Of a DNA stretch of 64,000 nt, positions 44,972 through 55,036 are shown one piece after another (positions within the stretch are counted from its first letter, which is position 1; each line of letters begins with the position of its first letter). The stretch comes from a virus. The stretch is taken from IMG/VR virus record IMGVR_UViG_3300042888_001941, positions 1-64,000 of that record; one strand, given 5' to 3'. The translations under genes and the position numbers were made by a program. Under the pieces are notes generated by a model that saw only the letters and a list, made by a program, of their open reading frames with translations, had not been told where the DNA came from and searched no databases.

Positions 44972-45520
44972 ATGGCTGCAGGACCTACGTATTCTCCCAT
45001 TGCGACATCTACTGTTTCAAGTGGAACTCCGTATTCTTACACTTTTTCTAACATACCACAGACTTACACTGATTTAGTTCTTACTGCTAGGTTTGCCGGG
45101 CAGTATCCTTCAAACGATAGAAGTCAACTAACTTTTCAAGTAGGAAATGGATCTGTAGACACAGGTGCAAACTACTCTCTTACTCTTATGACTGGTAATG
45201 GTTCATCTGCAACTACTGGAAGAGACACTAATGTTTCTCAACTTTCATTCGCAACATTTCCATTAGGTCCGTCTTCTAGCTTGCAGCAGAACAGTTTAAT
45301 TACTTATTTTCCAAACTATGCAAACACAACAACTTTTAAGAATTTACTCTCTAGAGGCACTCAAATGAACTCTAGTAACAACACTCCAATGACGACTGCT
45401 TACGTTGGTCTATGGCGTTCAACTGCTGCAATCAACACTATAAAGATTAAAGACTACTCTGAACTGTATTATTTTTATCCAGGCACAACATTCACTTTAT
45501 ATGGAATTGCTGCTGCGTAG
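44972..45520 (+). CDS. Virion-type beta protein, paralog 2 of 3
   Basis: TFSNIPQTYTDLVL..NYANTTTFK..GLWRSTAAI..TFTLYGI. Confidence 0.7.
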   Translation: MAAGPTYSPIATSTVSSGTPYSYTFSNIPQTYTDLVLTARFAGQYPSNDRSQLTFQVGNGSVDTGANYSLTLMTGNGSSATTGRDTNVSQLSFATFPLGPSSSLQQNSLITYFPNYANTTTFKNLLSRGTQMNSSNNTPMTTAYVGLWRSTAAINTIKIKDYSELYYFYPGTTFTLYGIAAA

Positions 45521-45529
45521 GGAGAGATC

Positions 45530-46066
45530 ATGCCAAATACATTTACCCTTATCGCCTCCAGTGAAGTTGGTCCAAGCGGAGCTTCTAGTATTGACTTTAC
45601 TAATATTCCACAAACGTATACCGATCTTCTTATAGAGGTATCAGGTCGTACTACTAACTGGGGATACAGTTACAATAACCTGTATTTATCCATTAACGCG
45701 ACTCCTTCCGGCAGCAGTTACTCAAATCGTATTCTTTACTCAGTAGGCAGCACAACTGGTTCGTTTAGTCAGAGTGGCACCTCTCAATTTTTAATTGGAG
45801 CAACGCCTAGCACGGCAGGAACAGCTAACACTTTTTCTAACGTGATGTGCTATTTAGAAAATTACACTAGTTCTTCTACTAATAAAACAGCGTCATCTGA
45901 CGGAGCGTCTCCCCGTAACTCTTCTACTAACGGAGACACATTCTTAAACTTGTCTGCTGGTTTATGGGGATCTAACACTGCCGTTACTTCACTTTATTTA
46001 ACAAGTGACCAGTCAACATTTGTTCAATATTCAACAGCCTACCTCTACGGTATCAAGAACTCCTAA
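45530..46066 (+). CDS. Virion-type beta protein, paralog 3 of 3
   Basis: IDFTNIPQTYTDLL..TANTFSN..AGLW..TAYLYGIKNS. Confidence 0.7.
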   Translation: MPNTFTLIASSEVGPSGASSIDFTNIPQTYTDLLIEVSGRTTNWGYSYNNLYLSINATPSGSSYSNRILYSVGSTTGSFSQSGTSQFLIGATPSTAGTANTFSNVMCYLENYTSSSTNKTASSDGASPRNSSTNGDTFLNLSAGLWGSNTAVTSLYLTSDQSTFVQYSTAYLYGIKNS

Positions 46067-46158
46067 CCTTCCTGTAAGGAAGATCCGCCTAACCAATTGT
46101 TATAATTCGCTTCCACGTGTAATAATAGAACTTGCTATTACACGTAAGGGAGAGAACG

Positions 46159-46467
46159 ATGAAAAGACTTGTTGTCTATATTGTTAATGTAGATGAAGAT
46201 ATAGCAGAGAAAGCGTTGTTAAGCGCTATTGATTCTCTAGCTCCACTTAACCTTGTCAAGGTATCTCCCAAGAGTGTAGAGGTAGAACCTCATGATGATT
46301 ACCGTGGCATTGTTGCCAAGTTCGAGTATGACTTCATTGCGGCTGAAGCAAATGAAAATAGAAACGCGTCCAAAGGTCTCCAGGATCTTATCCAGTCCCT
46401 AATTAAGGCGCAGCTATGGAAAATCCCTAGCGTACGAGTTATTATTGAATCTGGAGTACAGAATTGA
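46159..46467 (+). CDS. Hypothetical protein
   Basis: Start reset to MKRLV; SD AAGGGAG. Confidence 0.6.
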   Translation: MKRLVVYIVNVDEDIAEKALLSAIDSLAPLNLVKVSPKSVEVEPHDDYRGIVAKFEYDFIAAEANENRNASKGLQDLIQSLIKAQLWKIPSVRVIIESGVQN

Positions 46468-46931
46468 AAAAAGATGAATTGACAGAGAAGTACGCTCAAA
46501 AAATAGAGCCAATCCTTCCACTTGCTAAACGAGCGTATGGTCTTCGCGGACAAGCAACTCCTGAGCATAAGGCAAGCGAGAAGTATACAGCACTATTGAA
46601 AGAGTATTACTCCAAGGGTGGATCTCTTGTTGCGCTTGCAGAGAAGTTAGGTGTTGCCTATTCAGGTATGCGCCGTCGTATCTTTGCATCTTCAACACCT
46701 CCCGCCCCGCGTAAACCACGTTCGCAGTCTACCGAGGAGTCCACTGAAAAGACGCTCACAAGGGTTCTAAAGGCCAAAGAGACTTCAACCGAGCGTTACC
46801 ACGAGGAACTATACAAAGCCTACCACAGCGGCGTCTCCCTTGCGGTGATAGCAAAGGGTTTATCCCTTAGCTCATCTGCTCCTCTTTACTACGCGGTGCA
46901 GCGTCATACTGCTCGTTTAAGCGAAGAGTAA
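46464..46931 (+). CDS. Tandem HTH protein (paralog 3)
   Basis: GGSLVALAEKLGVAYSGMRRR and GVSLAVIAKGL. Confidence 0.7.
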   Translation: MKKDELTEKYAQKIEPILPLAKRAYGLRGQATPEHKASEKYTALLKEYYSKGGSLVALAEKLGVAYSGMRRRIFASSTPPAPRKPRSQSTEESTEKTLTRVLKAKETSTERYHEELYKAYHSGVSLAVIAKGLSLSSSAPLYYAVQRHTARLSEE

Positions 46932-47050
46932 CGTGAGAAAACTTTTAGCCGCGCCTTTTTGGTTTATTCACGATAAGGCTGACTGGTTTAATCGAGTAGG
47001 GTGTTATATTGCTTTGGGTAAAAACTGGCGAACACGCTGGGATAACTAGC

Positions 47051-47263
47051 ATGAGAAGCAAATGGTCACCTAAGACAAAGCGTCCTCACGTATGCAGGAA
47101 ACCTAGTTACCTAAGTGTTCTCCTTCATGGCGGTCTCGCTCTAGGTCTTGATCTTCGAACTTCTCGTATCTGGACCTGCGGTGACTGTAACAAGTCCTAT
47201 CGCCCATACTGGGCGCAACTTTCTGGAAATGACTATGTATGGAAGGAAGTACCCACCTCGTGA
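47051..47263 (+). CDS. Small zinc-ribbon protein
   Basis: HVC..WTCGDC; coupled to the next gene. Confidence 0.45.
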   Translation: MRSKWSPKTKRPHVCRKPSYLSVLLHGGLALGLDLRTSRIWTCGDCNKSYRPYWAQLSGNDYVWKEVPTS

Positions 47264-47487
47264 TGTGGTCCTGGATTCTTGCGGCAATAGGTGTAACTGG
47301 AATATACTTCGTTGGTCGCAAGACTATCTGGGGTTGGCTTATTCTTCTCGTAAACGAGTGCGTGTGGATTGCATACGCGCTTGCTACCAAGCAGTACGGG
47401 TTTATCTTTATGGCAACCGCTTACGCGGCCGTCTACGTTAAGTCCTACATGCTCTGGCACAAGGAAAACAATGAACAAAACGCGTAA
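47263..47487 (+). CDS. PnuC-like small membrane protein
   Basis: WSWILAAIGVTG..GRK..WGW..W..YAL...QYGF. Confidence 0.6.
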   Translation: MWSWILAAIGVTGIYFVGRKTIWGWLILLVNECVWIAYALATKQYGFIFMATAYAAVYVKSYMLWHKENNEQNA

Positions 47488-47635
47488 GCTCTTTAGCGTA
47501 GAAACAGGTGCAGGAACCTCGGATAGCTGGGGCTTCTCCTTTCTCTTCTGCGCTTATGACAAATCCCTTGCGGTGACGATTTTGCACTGGTACGCCTACA
47601 TCTCTATCTGGCCAGAGAAGGTAGATGAGAAGTAG
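47471..47635 (+). CDS. Hypothetical protein
   Basis: MNKTRK start behind AAGGA. Confidence 0.45.
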   Translation: MNKTRKLFSVETGAGTSDSWGFSFLFCAYDKSLAVTILHWYAYISIWPEKVDEK

Positions 47636-47771
47636 ATAATATAGAATAACTAAGTTCCCGCGATGATGAGACACGTGTCCGCGGGTGCGCGCGATTCCTA
47701 CCACCACACCGGAAATCGCCGCGCGCGACCTGAGTAAGTCGTTAAACTGCTCACTAGTTTATAGTCCGCTC

Positions 47772-47990
47772 ATGGCAATGATGTTTGGTGATATTACCCC
47801 AACAACTAAGGATGATGTTTGCGCCATATGCAGCTTCCGCGCTGCGGTTAAGGTTCATTTTAAGCAAGGAAATCTTGTCACGTTTTGTGACCTACACGCG
47901 TTTGTTAACAGCGAGATAATATGGAAAAACGCCCAGGCAGTCTATGACCGCGTGGACGTTTTACCTCCTAGAGAAGAACTAGATAACTAG
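47772..47990 (+). CDS. Small zinc finger, similar to 25175..25399
   Basis: DVCAIC..A..FCDLH; leaderless TATAGT-6nt-ATG. Confidence 0.55.
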   Translation: MAMMFGDITPTTKDDVCAICSFRAAVKVHFKQGNLVTFCDLHAFVNSEIIWKNAQAVYDRVDVLPPREELDN

Positions 47991-48215
47991 TGTTGCTGCT
48001 TCTTCCTCAGTTAAAGGTGTTCCTGCAACAAGCTTAGCCTTTGCAGATTCCTTAAGTGCTGCGAGCTCAGCAGCAGCCTCAGCACGTGCTTCTGCTTCTG
48101 CAAGTGCAGCAGCAGCGTCCTGGTCGCGCTGAGCAATCTCAGCTGATGTAAGAGGAATGATTTGCTGTTCGCCTGTTGAGCAATCAACAACAATCTTTGT
48201 TGGTGTGTCTGACAT
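47979..48215 (-). CDS. Small virion-cluster protein
   Basis: KIVVDCSTGE..LT..EIA..SAKAKL..LTEEEA. Confidence 0.7.
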   Translation of the reverse strand: MSDTPTKIVVDCSTGEQQIIPLTSAEIAQRDQDAAAALAEAEARAEAAAELAALKESAKAKLVAGTPLTEEEAATLVI

Positions 48216-48556
48216 TATTCAGTTACCTCGATCCATGATGTTGTGTCTTCATCCCAGGTGTACATCTTGTCATCTTCTGGGCGAGCAACTGGAGCGTCCC
48301 AGTTGCATGTGTCTTCATTCAATACCCAAGACGCATATGGCTTAGGTGGAATGAAAGCATCACGCACGGAGTCGAATGTGTATCCAATTCCTGCGTAGTT
48401 CTTACGGATATTAGCATTGTAAGATGTTTGTACCCAGGTGCCACCAAGACCGAGGTCGTCGGCTAGGTATTCCTGCCCGCGGTTTTCTTGTGCGTCTGGG
48501 ACGACAAGAACACGGGTTACGATGCTGTCTGCATCAATCTCTGCAAAGTGTGCCAT
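48215..48556 (-). CDS. Conserved protein accompanying Gly-rich genes
   Basis: MAHFAEID..WVQTSYN..RKNYAGIGYT.D..DAFIPPKP..SW.L.E.TC.W.AP. Confidence 0.75.
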   Translation of the reverse strand: MAHFAEIDADSIVTRVLVVPDAQENRGQEYLADDLGLGGTWVQTSYNANIRKNYAGIGYTFDSVRDAFIPPKPYASWVLNEDTCNWDAPVARPEDDKMYTWDEDTTSWIEVTE

Positions 48557-48631
48557 CGTTATAGATCTCCTTGGTTTACGACGTTAGGCTAATAATATCA
48601 CTTATCATTTGCGGTGATACCAGTGATTTTC

Positions 48632-48835
48632 TTACTTTGGATCTAGGTTACCTTCCCCATAGACCACATCGGCGTTAAGAAGCTTCACATCACGCTTGGT
48701 GACGATTCCGCCCTTTTCGTCTAACTGCTTACGCGCGGTGTCCGCGTCGTCCGCAATAATATGGATAAGCATAGTGACCTCATAGCTGAAGCACTGCGTT
48801 ACCTTTTTGTCCTTGATAGGTGTTACCTTTGCCAT
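48632..48835 (-). CDS. Hypothetical protein
   Basis: 67 aa; SD AAGGGAG. Confidence 0.6.
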   Translation of the reverse strand: MAKVTPIKDKKVTQCFSYEVTMLIHIIADDADTARKQLDEKGGIVTKRDVKLLNADVVYGEGNLDPK

Positions 48836-48859
48836 GTCTCTCCCTTGTTAATAGGCATA

Positions 48860-50569
48860 TTAAATCGCGTATCTAATGATTACGATACCAGATCCGCCGG
48901 TGCCTCCTGCAGCTCCATTGTAACCAGCACCACTTCCTCCGCCACCAGTGTTTGGAGTTCCGCTGCTAGAACCGCCGCTTGCTCCACCGCCTAAACCACC
49001 AGTGCTGTTGAAGCTTGGATTCCAACCTCCGTACCCAGCGCCACCACCTGCATAGTAGCGAGTACCGCTAGAGTTTTGTCCAGTTCCAGTCGCTACTCCC
49101 CAAGAAGAGAAGTCAGACGAGCCTATACCACCAGCTCCAGGATAAGAACTTGGTCCGCTGCTCCCTGCTTGGCCAGCTCCACCTGCACCGCCACCGCCAC
49201 CGCCACCACCGTTATTTCCACCGACTCCACCATTGTTTCCTTGTGACGGACTTGTGCTTGGTGTATTACCAGAACCGCCTGTTCCATTTAGACCTGCACC
49301 ACCACCAGAACCACCGCTGCCTCCTGATTCCGTTGCGCTGCTACCACCTTGGCTGTTTCCGCCTCTGCCGCCTCCCGTAGAAGTAATCGTTGAAAATGTT
49401 GAGTCGGTGCCACTTGTAGTAGAAGGTCCACCTGCTCCAACTGTAACTGTATAAGAAGTATTAGATGTTAAAGATAGAGATGAACCTCCTCTAAGTCCAC
49501 CTGCACCACCACCGCCACCGCCACCAGGGGTGTTGCCTGAGTAAGATCGGCCACCTCCGCCACCGCCAGCTACGACGAGAACGTCAGCAGTTATATTTTG
49601 CATAGGTATAAACGTTGCTGTATTAAGAAACACGTGATACCAATAACTTGAGTCTTTGTAAACTCCGCCACCGTTTGCTTTAGCAAGTCCAGTGTATAGT
49701 GCAGCAGTAGATGTAAATGTGTGAATAGTGTAACCACCTGAAGATGTTACATCTCCACCAGTTGCTTTCTGCGTTCCTGAGTAGCGAGCAATTACAATGC
49801 CAGATCCGCCAGCACCGCCAAAGTAGTTTGAACTGCCTTCTTGCCAGTCTCCACCGCCGCCACCACCGCCGGTGTTAGCTGTCCCTGCTGTAGCATTTGT
49901 TAAGTTAGAACCAGCACCAGCTCCACCTCCGCCAGCACCACCCGCTCCACCAGGAGCACTATTTGCTTTTCTTCCTGCTCCGCCACCACCACCTGCATAG
50001 GTTACCGATGAGCCAGAATAAGAGTTTGCTGCGCCATTAGCTCCAGCTCCACCAGCTCTTGTTGTAGCAGCTGTACCAACGCCACCTGCGCCTCCACCAC
50101 CACCACCCATATGATAAGGGCTTCCGCCGTCAACGCCTTTGCCTCCTGCATAACCTTCTACTGGAGTGTAACCTCCCGCGTTTCCTGCGCCACCAGGTCG
50201 GTCCCCACTTTGTGAGCCGCCTCCACCACCGCCAGAACCACCTGCTGCTCCATTTTGGTCAATACCACCACCGCCACCACCACCAGTAGCACTAAAAGTT
50301 GTAATTCCTGAACCAGAAATAGAACTAGTTGAACCACTAACTCCAACAGATTGAAGAGTAGGTCCAGCTGCACCACCTCCGCCAACTGTTACAGTGTACG
50401 AAGTAGACAAGTTAAGATTAACAGCAGTATTTGTTCTAAAACCACCACCACCGCCACCACCTGCAAGACCGCTACCGCCACCTCCACCACCAGCTACAAT
50501 AAGAAAGTCAGTAGACAGCATCATTCTTTGCATAGCTCCATGCGAAGCTGCTGTTCCTAGTATTGGCAT
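48860..50569 (-). CDS. Glycine-rich two-domain protein (putative tail fibre/decoration)
   Basis: Two domains, each LV.AGGGGG..GGSGIVI.RY. Confidence 0.8.
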   Translation of the reverse strand: MPILGTAASHGAMQRMMLSTDFLIVAGGGGGGSGLAGGGGGGGFRTNTAVNLNLSTSYTVTVGGGGAAGPTLQSVGVSGSTSSISGSGITTFSATGGGGGGGIDQNGAAGGSGGGGGGSQSGDRPGGAGNAGGYTPVEGYAGGKGVDGGSPYHMGGGGGGAGGVGTAATTRAGGAGANGAANSYSGSSVTYAGGGGGAGRKANSAPGGAGGAGGGGAGAGSNLTNATAGTANTGGGGGGGDWQEGSSNYFGGAGGSGIVIARYSGTQKATGGDVTSSGGYTIHTFTSTAALYTGLAKANGGGVYKDSSYWYHVFLNTATFIPMQNITADVLVVAGGGGGGRSYSGNTPGGGGGGGAGGLRGGSSLSLTSNTSYTVTVGAGGPSTTSGTDSTFSTITSTGGGRGGNSQGGSSATESGGSGGSGGGAGLNGTGGSGNTPSTSPSQGNNGGVGGNNGGGGGGGGAGGAGQAGSSGPSSYPGAGGIGSSDFSSWGVATGTGQNSSGTRYYAGGGAGYGGWNPSFNSTGGLGGGASGGSSSGTPNTGGGGSGAGYNGAAGGTGGSGIVIIRYAI

Positions 50570-50588
50570 CTGTGTCTCCTATTAACTA

Positions 50589-52316
50589 TTAAATTGCATA
50601 CCGAATAATTACAATACCTGATCCACCAGTGCCACCATTTGTTACGCTGCCTGTAGAGCCACCTCCGCCACCACCGCCTGTGTTTGCAGTTCCTGCAGTG
50701 CCTGGGTTGCTTGGTCCACCGCCACCACCTTCACCTCCGCCACCAATTCCACCTACTGCGCCAGGGCGACCGAACTGATCTCCAGCTCCTCCACCACCAG
50801 CAGCAAAGTAGTAGTTACCGCTAGATAAAACACCTTTACCTGTTGCAGCTCCACCAGAGAGTGCAGTGTACGAACCAATACCACCTTGTCCTCCAGTTCC
50901 AGGATAACCAGATGCTCGCACTACGCCAGCTGCTCCAGCACCGCCACCTCCACCACCACAAGTGCCTTCATTAGAAATTGCACCGTTGTTACCTTCAGAA
51001 GGTGAGTATCCACCTGAGTTACCAGTACCAGCTGTTCCAGTGCTGCGAATACCGCCACCAGATCCACCATTACCACCAGGTGAAGCATCTTTACCGTATC
51101 CACCACCAGACGCAGAAAATGAATTAAATGTAGACGCAGTTCCATTGTTCTGGTATGTGCCACCGCTACCAACAGTTACTGTGTAACTAGTCGCGCTCAA
51201 TGACTGCGATGTTGCAGTTCTAAATCCACCCGCTCCTCCGCCTCCACCACCGTTTACACCGCCGCCACCACCACCAGCGATTACTAAGTAATCAGCAGTA
51301 AGTGGCACTGAAGGAACAAAGTTTGCAGTATCAGTAAACACATGATACATATGGCCAGACGCATAAGTAATAGTTCCACCAGTTGCTTTAGCTACAGGCT
51401 CTCCAGCATAAAAAACATCAGATGAAGTAAATGTATGATAAGTGTAGCCACCAGATGAAACTACTGCTCCACCGTACGCTTTCTGTGAACCAGAGTAACG
51501 CGCAATAACAATTCCTGAACCACCTTGGCCACCAGTTCTATCATTAGTGTTCGAGCCAGAGCCACCGCCTCCACCTCCACCAGTATTTACAGTTGCAGCA
51601 GACCCATTAGAGTTAGATCCACCATTACCTCCACCGCCAGCTCCTCCAGAACCAGCTCCTCCAGTTGTCCAACCTCCTCCGCCTCCACCGCCAGCATAAT
51701 ACCCACCTGCGCCAGTTCCAGTTGCACTTGCCCAAGTTGAAGCAGAGTTAGAACCTACACCACCATTTCCACCAAAACCATTTGTTGCGTTACTTCCAGC
51801 GCCACCTGCACCACCACCGCCACCGGCAGTGTTACTTGAATCTCCAGCAGAGTTATCCTGGTATCCACCACCGATACCGCCAGCATAACCTTCTACAGGT
51901 GAGTAAGAACCAGAGTTACCAGTGCCTGCTCCAGTAGTGTACTGTGCTCCGCCACCTGAGCCACCTGAACCACCATTGTTTGCTAAGTCTCCACCACGTC
52001 CACCACCACTTGCAGAATTAGAAATTGAACCACCGATAAAAGATGACGCAGTGCCAGGTGTAGTTCCACCGTTAGGTATTTGTCCAAAGTAACCATAGCC
52101 ACCAGTCCCACCGCCACCAACTGATACTGTGTAACTTCCAGTAGATAAGCTTTGACTTGAAAGTAGACGATATCCGCCCGCTCCGCCACCGCCGCCTTTT
52201 GATCGCGAGTTGTATCCACCGCCACCGCCGCCACCACCTGCAACTACTAGCAGATCAATAGATAAGCCCATTCGGCTCAATGCGCCATGTGATGCTGAGC
52301 TTCCAAGAATTGGCAT
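50589..52316 (-). CDS. Glycine-rich two-domain protein, tandem paralog
   Basis: Same architecture, same MPILG start and GGSGIVIIRYAI end. Confidence 0.8.
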   Translation of the reverse strand: MPILGSSASHGALSRMGLSIDLLVVAGGGGGGGGYNSRSKGGGGGAGGYRLLSSQSLSTGSYTVSVGGGGTGGYGYFGQIPNGGTTPGTASSFIGGSISNSASGGGRGGDLANNGGSGGSGGGAQYTTGAGTGNSGSYSPVEGYAGGIGGGYQDNSAGDSSNTAGGGGGAGGAGSNATNGFGGNGGVGSNSASTWASATGTGAGGYYAGGGGGGGWTTGGAGSGGAGGGGNGGSNSNGSAATVNTGGGGGGGSGSNTNDRTGGQGGSGIVIARYSGSQKAYGGAVVSSGGYTYHTFTSSDVFYAGEPVAKATGGTITYASGHMYHVFTDTANFVPSVPLTADYLVIAGGGGGGVNGGGGGGAGGFRTATSQSLSATSYTVTVGSGGTYQNNGTASTFNSFSASGGGYGKDASPGGNGGSGGGIRSTGTAGTGNSGGYSPSEGNNGAISNEGTCGGGGGGAGAAGVVRASGYPGTGGQGGIGSYTALSGGAATGKGVLSSGNYYFAAGGGGAGDQFGRPGAVGGIGGGGEGGGGGPSNPGTAGTANTGGGGGGGSTGSVTNGGTGGSGIVIIRYAI

Positions 52317-52380
52317 TAGGGTATATCCTCACTAAACTATTGTGGCAATTCTATACTAGAAGGGATAAATTGTCTTAGGG

Positions 52381-52413
52381 AAAAGAAAAGAGGGCAGGTT
52401 TCCCTGCCCCCTT
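52381..52413 (-). terminator. Probable intrinsic terminator
   Basis: GGGCAGG-GAAA-CCTGCCC followed by a U-rich tail on the minus strand. Confidence 0.7.
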
Positions 52414-52425
52414 CCTTAGTGCTAG

Positions 52426-54138
52426 TTAAGCACGGACCTTCTTCTGGATCTTTAGAACCAATCCAGTTAGCGCGGTGATCTGCTTCTTAAGAGAAGCAAT
52501 CATTGCGGTGACATCTGCTGACAACTTAGCAACTGCGTCAGACGCGGCTGTCGCAGCAGCTGTTGCATCATCCGCAGCTTTAGCAGCGGCAAGCGCTGCC
52601 TCGGTTGCTGCATTAGCAGCAATTGCAGCTTCTTCAGAAGCTTTGGTAGCAGCCTTAGCCGCGGTGTTAGAAACAACCGCAGATGCTGTAACGGCAACCT
52701 GTCCAGCTGCTGGAAGTGATGTTCCACCAGTTGCGGTGATTGTTACAGTGTTCTCAGTCAAAGGCATGAATACCTTGTATGACTTTACAGTCTCTGTATC
52801 AGTTGTAACTGATGTGGCTGTAAGAACGTCTGAGCCTGCACCAAATGCATAGGTAGATCCAATTCCACCAGCTGCAAATAGGCTTGCGTGTGTCTTGCCA
52901 GATACTGGAAGACCAGCAGCGTCAAGAACCTGAACCTTGATTGTTGCCGCTTCTCCTGGAAGATACTCAGCCTTGTCGAATGTAAGCTTGACAGTTGCTG
53001 CTGCACCTTCTACGCGAGTAGCTACTGGTGCTGAAACGATTGTTCCTGCTGCGTTCTTAACAACGATTGCAGCTCCACCAGTCTTTACGCCTGTAAGTGT
53101 AAATGTTGCAACGCCATCAACGATTGTTGCTGCTGTGCCTGAATCAGACACTGCTGTAACATCTGATGAATATGCATAAAGTGTTCCAGCTCCAACGGTT
53201 ACGCCAGAAGCGTCCTTAGCAACAGCCTTTACAGTTGTTGCATTAGCGCCAACTGCAATAACAGGCTTAACTGCGGTTGCTGTGATTGAAGCAGCATCTC
53301 CGTAGAATGTTACCTGCTCAGTTGCAATAACTGCACCTGTAAGTGTTGTAAGGGTGATTGTTCCAACTCCAGCAGTTCCATCAGCAAATACGCCAATGTG
53401 GTTGCCTGTAGGAATAACCAACGCGCGGCCAAGGGCAGAGATTGTTGTAGCGTTTGCGCCATAGCCAATCAAGCCTGTTCCTGTAACTGTTGCAAGCATC
53501 GCCTCTGTTGCTGCGCCGCCAGCTGCGTTCTTAGGTGTAACAACGATAACCGCTGCTGCATCTGTTGAGGTAGCCTTTGGAGCGTAGACAGCGTCATCAG
53601 CTGTTGCTGTTGTAACTTCACCACGGTTAAGAATTGAAGTTGTTGTTGAGGCTGCAGGCGTTACGTCCGCTGCCTTCACTGTCACTGTCCAAGCAACTGA
53701 TGGACCAGTTGATGGGCGAGTTGTAATGATTCTTGCCTCGTATGTACCAGCAACTGAAGGCGCTACCAATGATACTGTAAACTTTGCAGTTACGTATCCA
53801 GGGGTGTTAACTGTTGAGTTAACGTCCGCTGAAGCATTGCCAGCGGCAATAGCTACTGTAGCGGTGGTTGTTTCAAGGACTGCAAGTGTTGCAGTCTTGC
53901 CTGCGCCTGTTGGCTGGGTAAACATTGCAGAAAGAACAGTTGCTGTATCAGCCGCTGTCTCTGAGATAAATGACAAGGTAACTACTGCTGTGGCGGTTTC
54001 ACCGGCTGTAATTGAGTCGGTTGCCGAATCAATTGTTAGCGCGGGTCCAATCACAACAGCACTTGTCGGAAGTGCTGACATTACGCCGAAGGACATTGCT
54101 GCAGCAAGCCCCAGGGCAATTTTCTTAAATGAATTCAT
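52426..54138 (-). CDS. Host-like secreted Ig-domain/S-layer-like surface protein
   Basis: Signal MNSFKKIALGLAAAM; Ala/Thr/Val-rich beta domains; C-terminal helix ..IASLKKQITALT.LV.KIQKKV. Confidence 0.7.
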   Translation of the reverse strand: MNSFKKIALGLAAAMSFGVMSALPTSAVVIGPALTIDSATDSITAGETATAVVTLSFISETAADTATVLSAMFTQPTGAGKTATLAVLETTTATVAIAAGNASADVNSTVNTPGYVTAKFTVSLVAPSVAGTYEARIITTRPSTGPSVAWTVTVKAADVTPAASTTTSILNRGEVTTATADDAVYAPKATSTDAAAVIVVTPKNAAGGAATEAMLATVTGTGLIGYGANATTISALGRALVIPTGNHIGVFADGTAGVGTITLTTLTGAVIATEQVTFYGDAASITATAVKPVIAVGANATTVKAVAKDASGVTVGAGTLYAYSSDVTAVSDSGTAATIVDGVATFTLTGVKTGGAAIVVKNAAGTIVSAPVATRVEGAAATVKLTFDKAEYLPGEAATIKVQVLDAAGLPVSGKTHASLFAAGGIGSTYAFGAGSDVLTATSVTTDTETVKSYKVFMPLTENTVTITATGGTSLPAAGQVAVTASAVVSNTAAKAATKASEEAAIAANAATEAALAAAKAADDATAAATAASDAVAKLSADVTAMIASLKKQITALTGLVLKIQKKVRA

Positions 54139-54328
54139 TATTCTCCTTATTTAATCTGCCCAAGGATAGGGACAGACGTAATTGCAGTGCCTTTAGGCAC
54201 ATACCTAACTACCGTTCAGTATCTAGGTGTTTTTGTTCGCAATCCCTCGCTAATGAAGAGACTACGTATATTCTATCGCAGATGGCACATTGCCACTGAG
54301 CTAGACGTTGTTTGTCAGTGAGCAAATA

Positions 54329-54625
54329 CTATTGAGCTTTCTTGTCAACAGAGTTAAACGCAGAGTTAATTTCCTCTACTGTAAGTTTTCCGTCATCCAT
54401 GAAGCCACGAGCGAGACGCTCTATAACAGTTGCAACACCAAGTGTTCCAGCAAGAATTACTGCCTTGTATGTGCTAATTCCAACAACGGCGCCAGCACCA
54501 ATAACACTAAGGCCTGATGCAGCGAATACTGCGATGATACGAAGTAGGATGTTTTTAATCGCGGTGACAGGGCCAGCGCTTGTTGATACGTCTACGTCGA
54601 GCGCAGATTCTTTCTTTCGAGCCAT
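54329..54625 (-). CDS. Holin-like two-TM membrane protein
   Basis: RIIAVFAASGL.VIGAG..GVA.V.E.LAR...DDGKL..EIN.AF. Confidence 0.55.
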   Translation of the reverse strand: MARKKESALDVDVSTSAGPVTAIKNILLRIIAVFAASGLSVIGAGAVVGISTYKAVILAGTLGVATVIERLARGFMDDGKLTVEEINSAFNSVDKKAQ

Positions 54626-54702
54626 TGATCTCTCCTAGGGAGTTAGAGGTACACTTCTCTCATGTGCCTCTCCCCAGAAGCAAACCAATCTTATCGCTTT
54701 TA

Positions 54703-55035
54703 TTACGAGGCGATTTCTAGTCCTCGCTTGCGGCGAATAACTCGTCTTTCACGTTCGCTTGTCCCACCCCAGATTCCAAACTCATGATGCTCTATCGCCC
54801 AGTCTAAGCACTCGTCTATAAGGTCGCAGCGACGACATACTGCGCGAACCATCTTAAACTCTTTACCTTGCCCGCCACCTTTTTCTGGGAAAAACAAATC
54901 TGGATCTACGCTAGCGCAGTTAGGAGTTCCTTTATCGTAAAAGGTTGGATATGCTTTTGAGATCTGAATGTCGATAACCATGGGCGGACCATATACAAAA
55001 CCGTTAGACTTGTAAACTGTAAGTCTTACGTGCAC
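54703..55035 (-). CDS. whiB: WhiB family Fe-S transcription factor
   Basis: C..DPDLFFP..C..C..C..A..GIWGG.SERER. Confidence 0.92.
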   Translation of the reverse strand: MHVRLTVYKSNGFVYGPPMVIDIQISKAYPTFYDKGTPNCASVDPDLFFPEKGGGQGKEFKMVRAVCRRCDLIDECLDWAIEHHEFGIWGGTSERERRVIRRKRGLEIAS

Positions 55036-55036
55036 A

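Noticed and set aside
48611-48619. GCGGTGATA as a lambda cI operator half-site
   Set aside because: Only half-sites occur, most lie within genes, and no lambda-like repressor is present.
48860-52316. Diversity-generating retroelement or invertible region in the Gly-rich paralogs
   Set aside because: No reverse transcriptase or recombinase in the window. Similarity looks like ordinary synonymous divergence rather than adenine-specific change.
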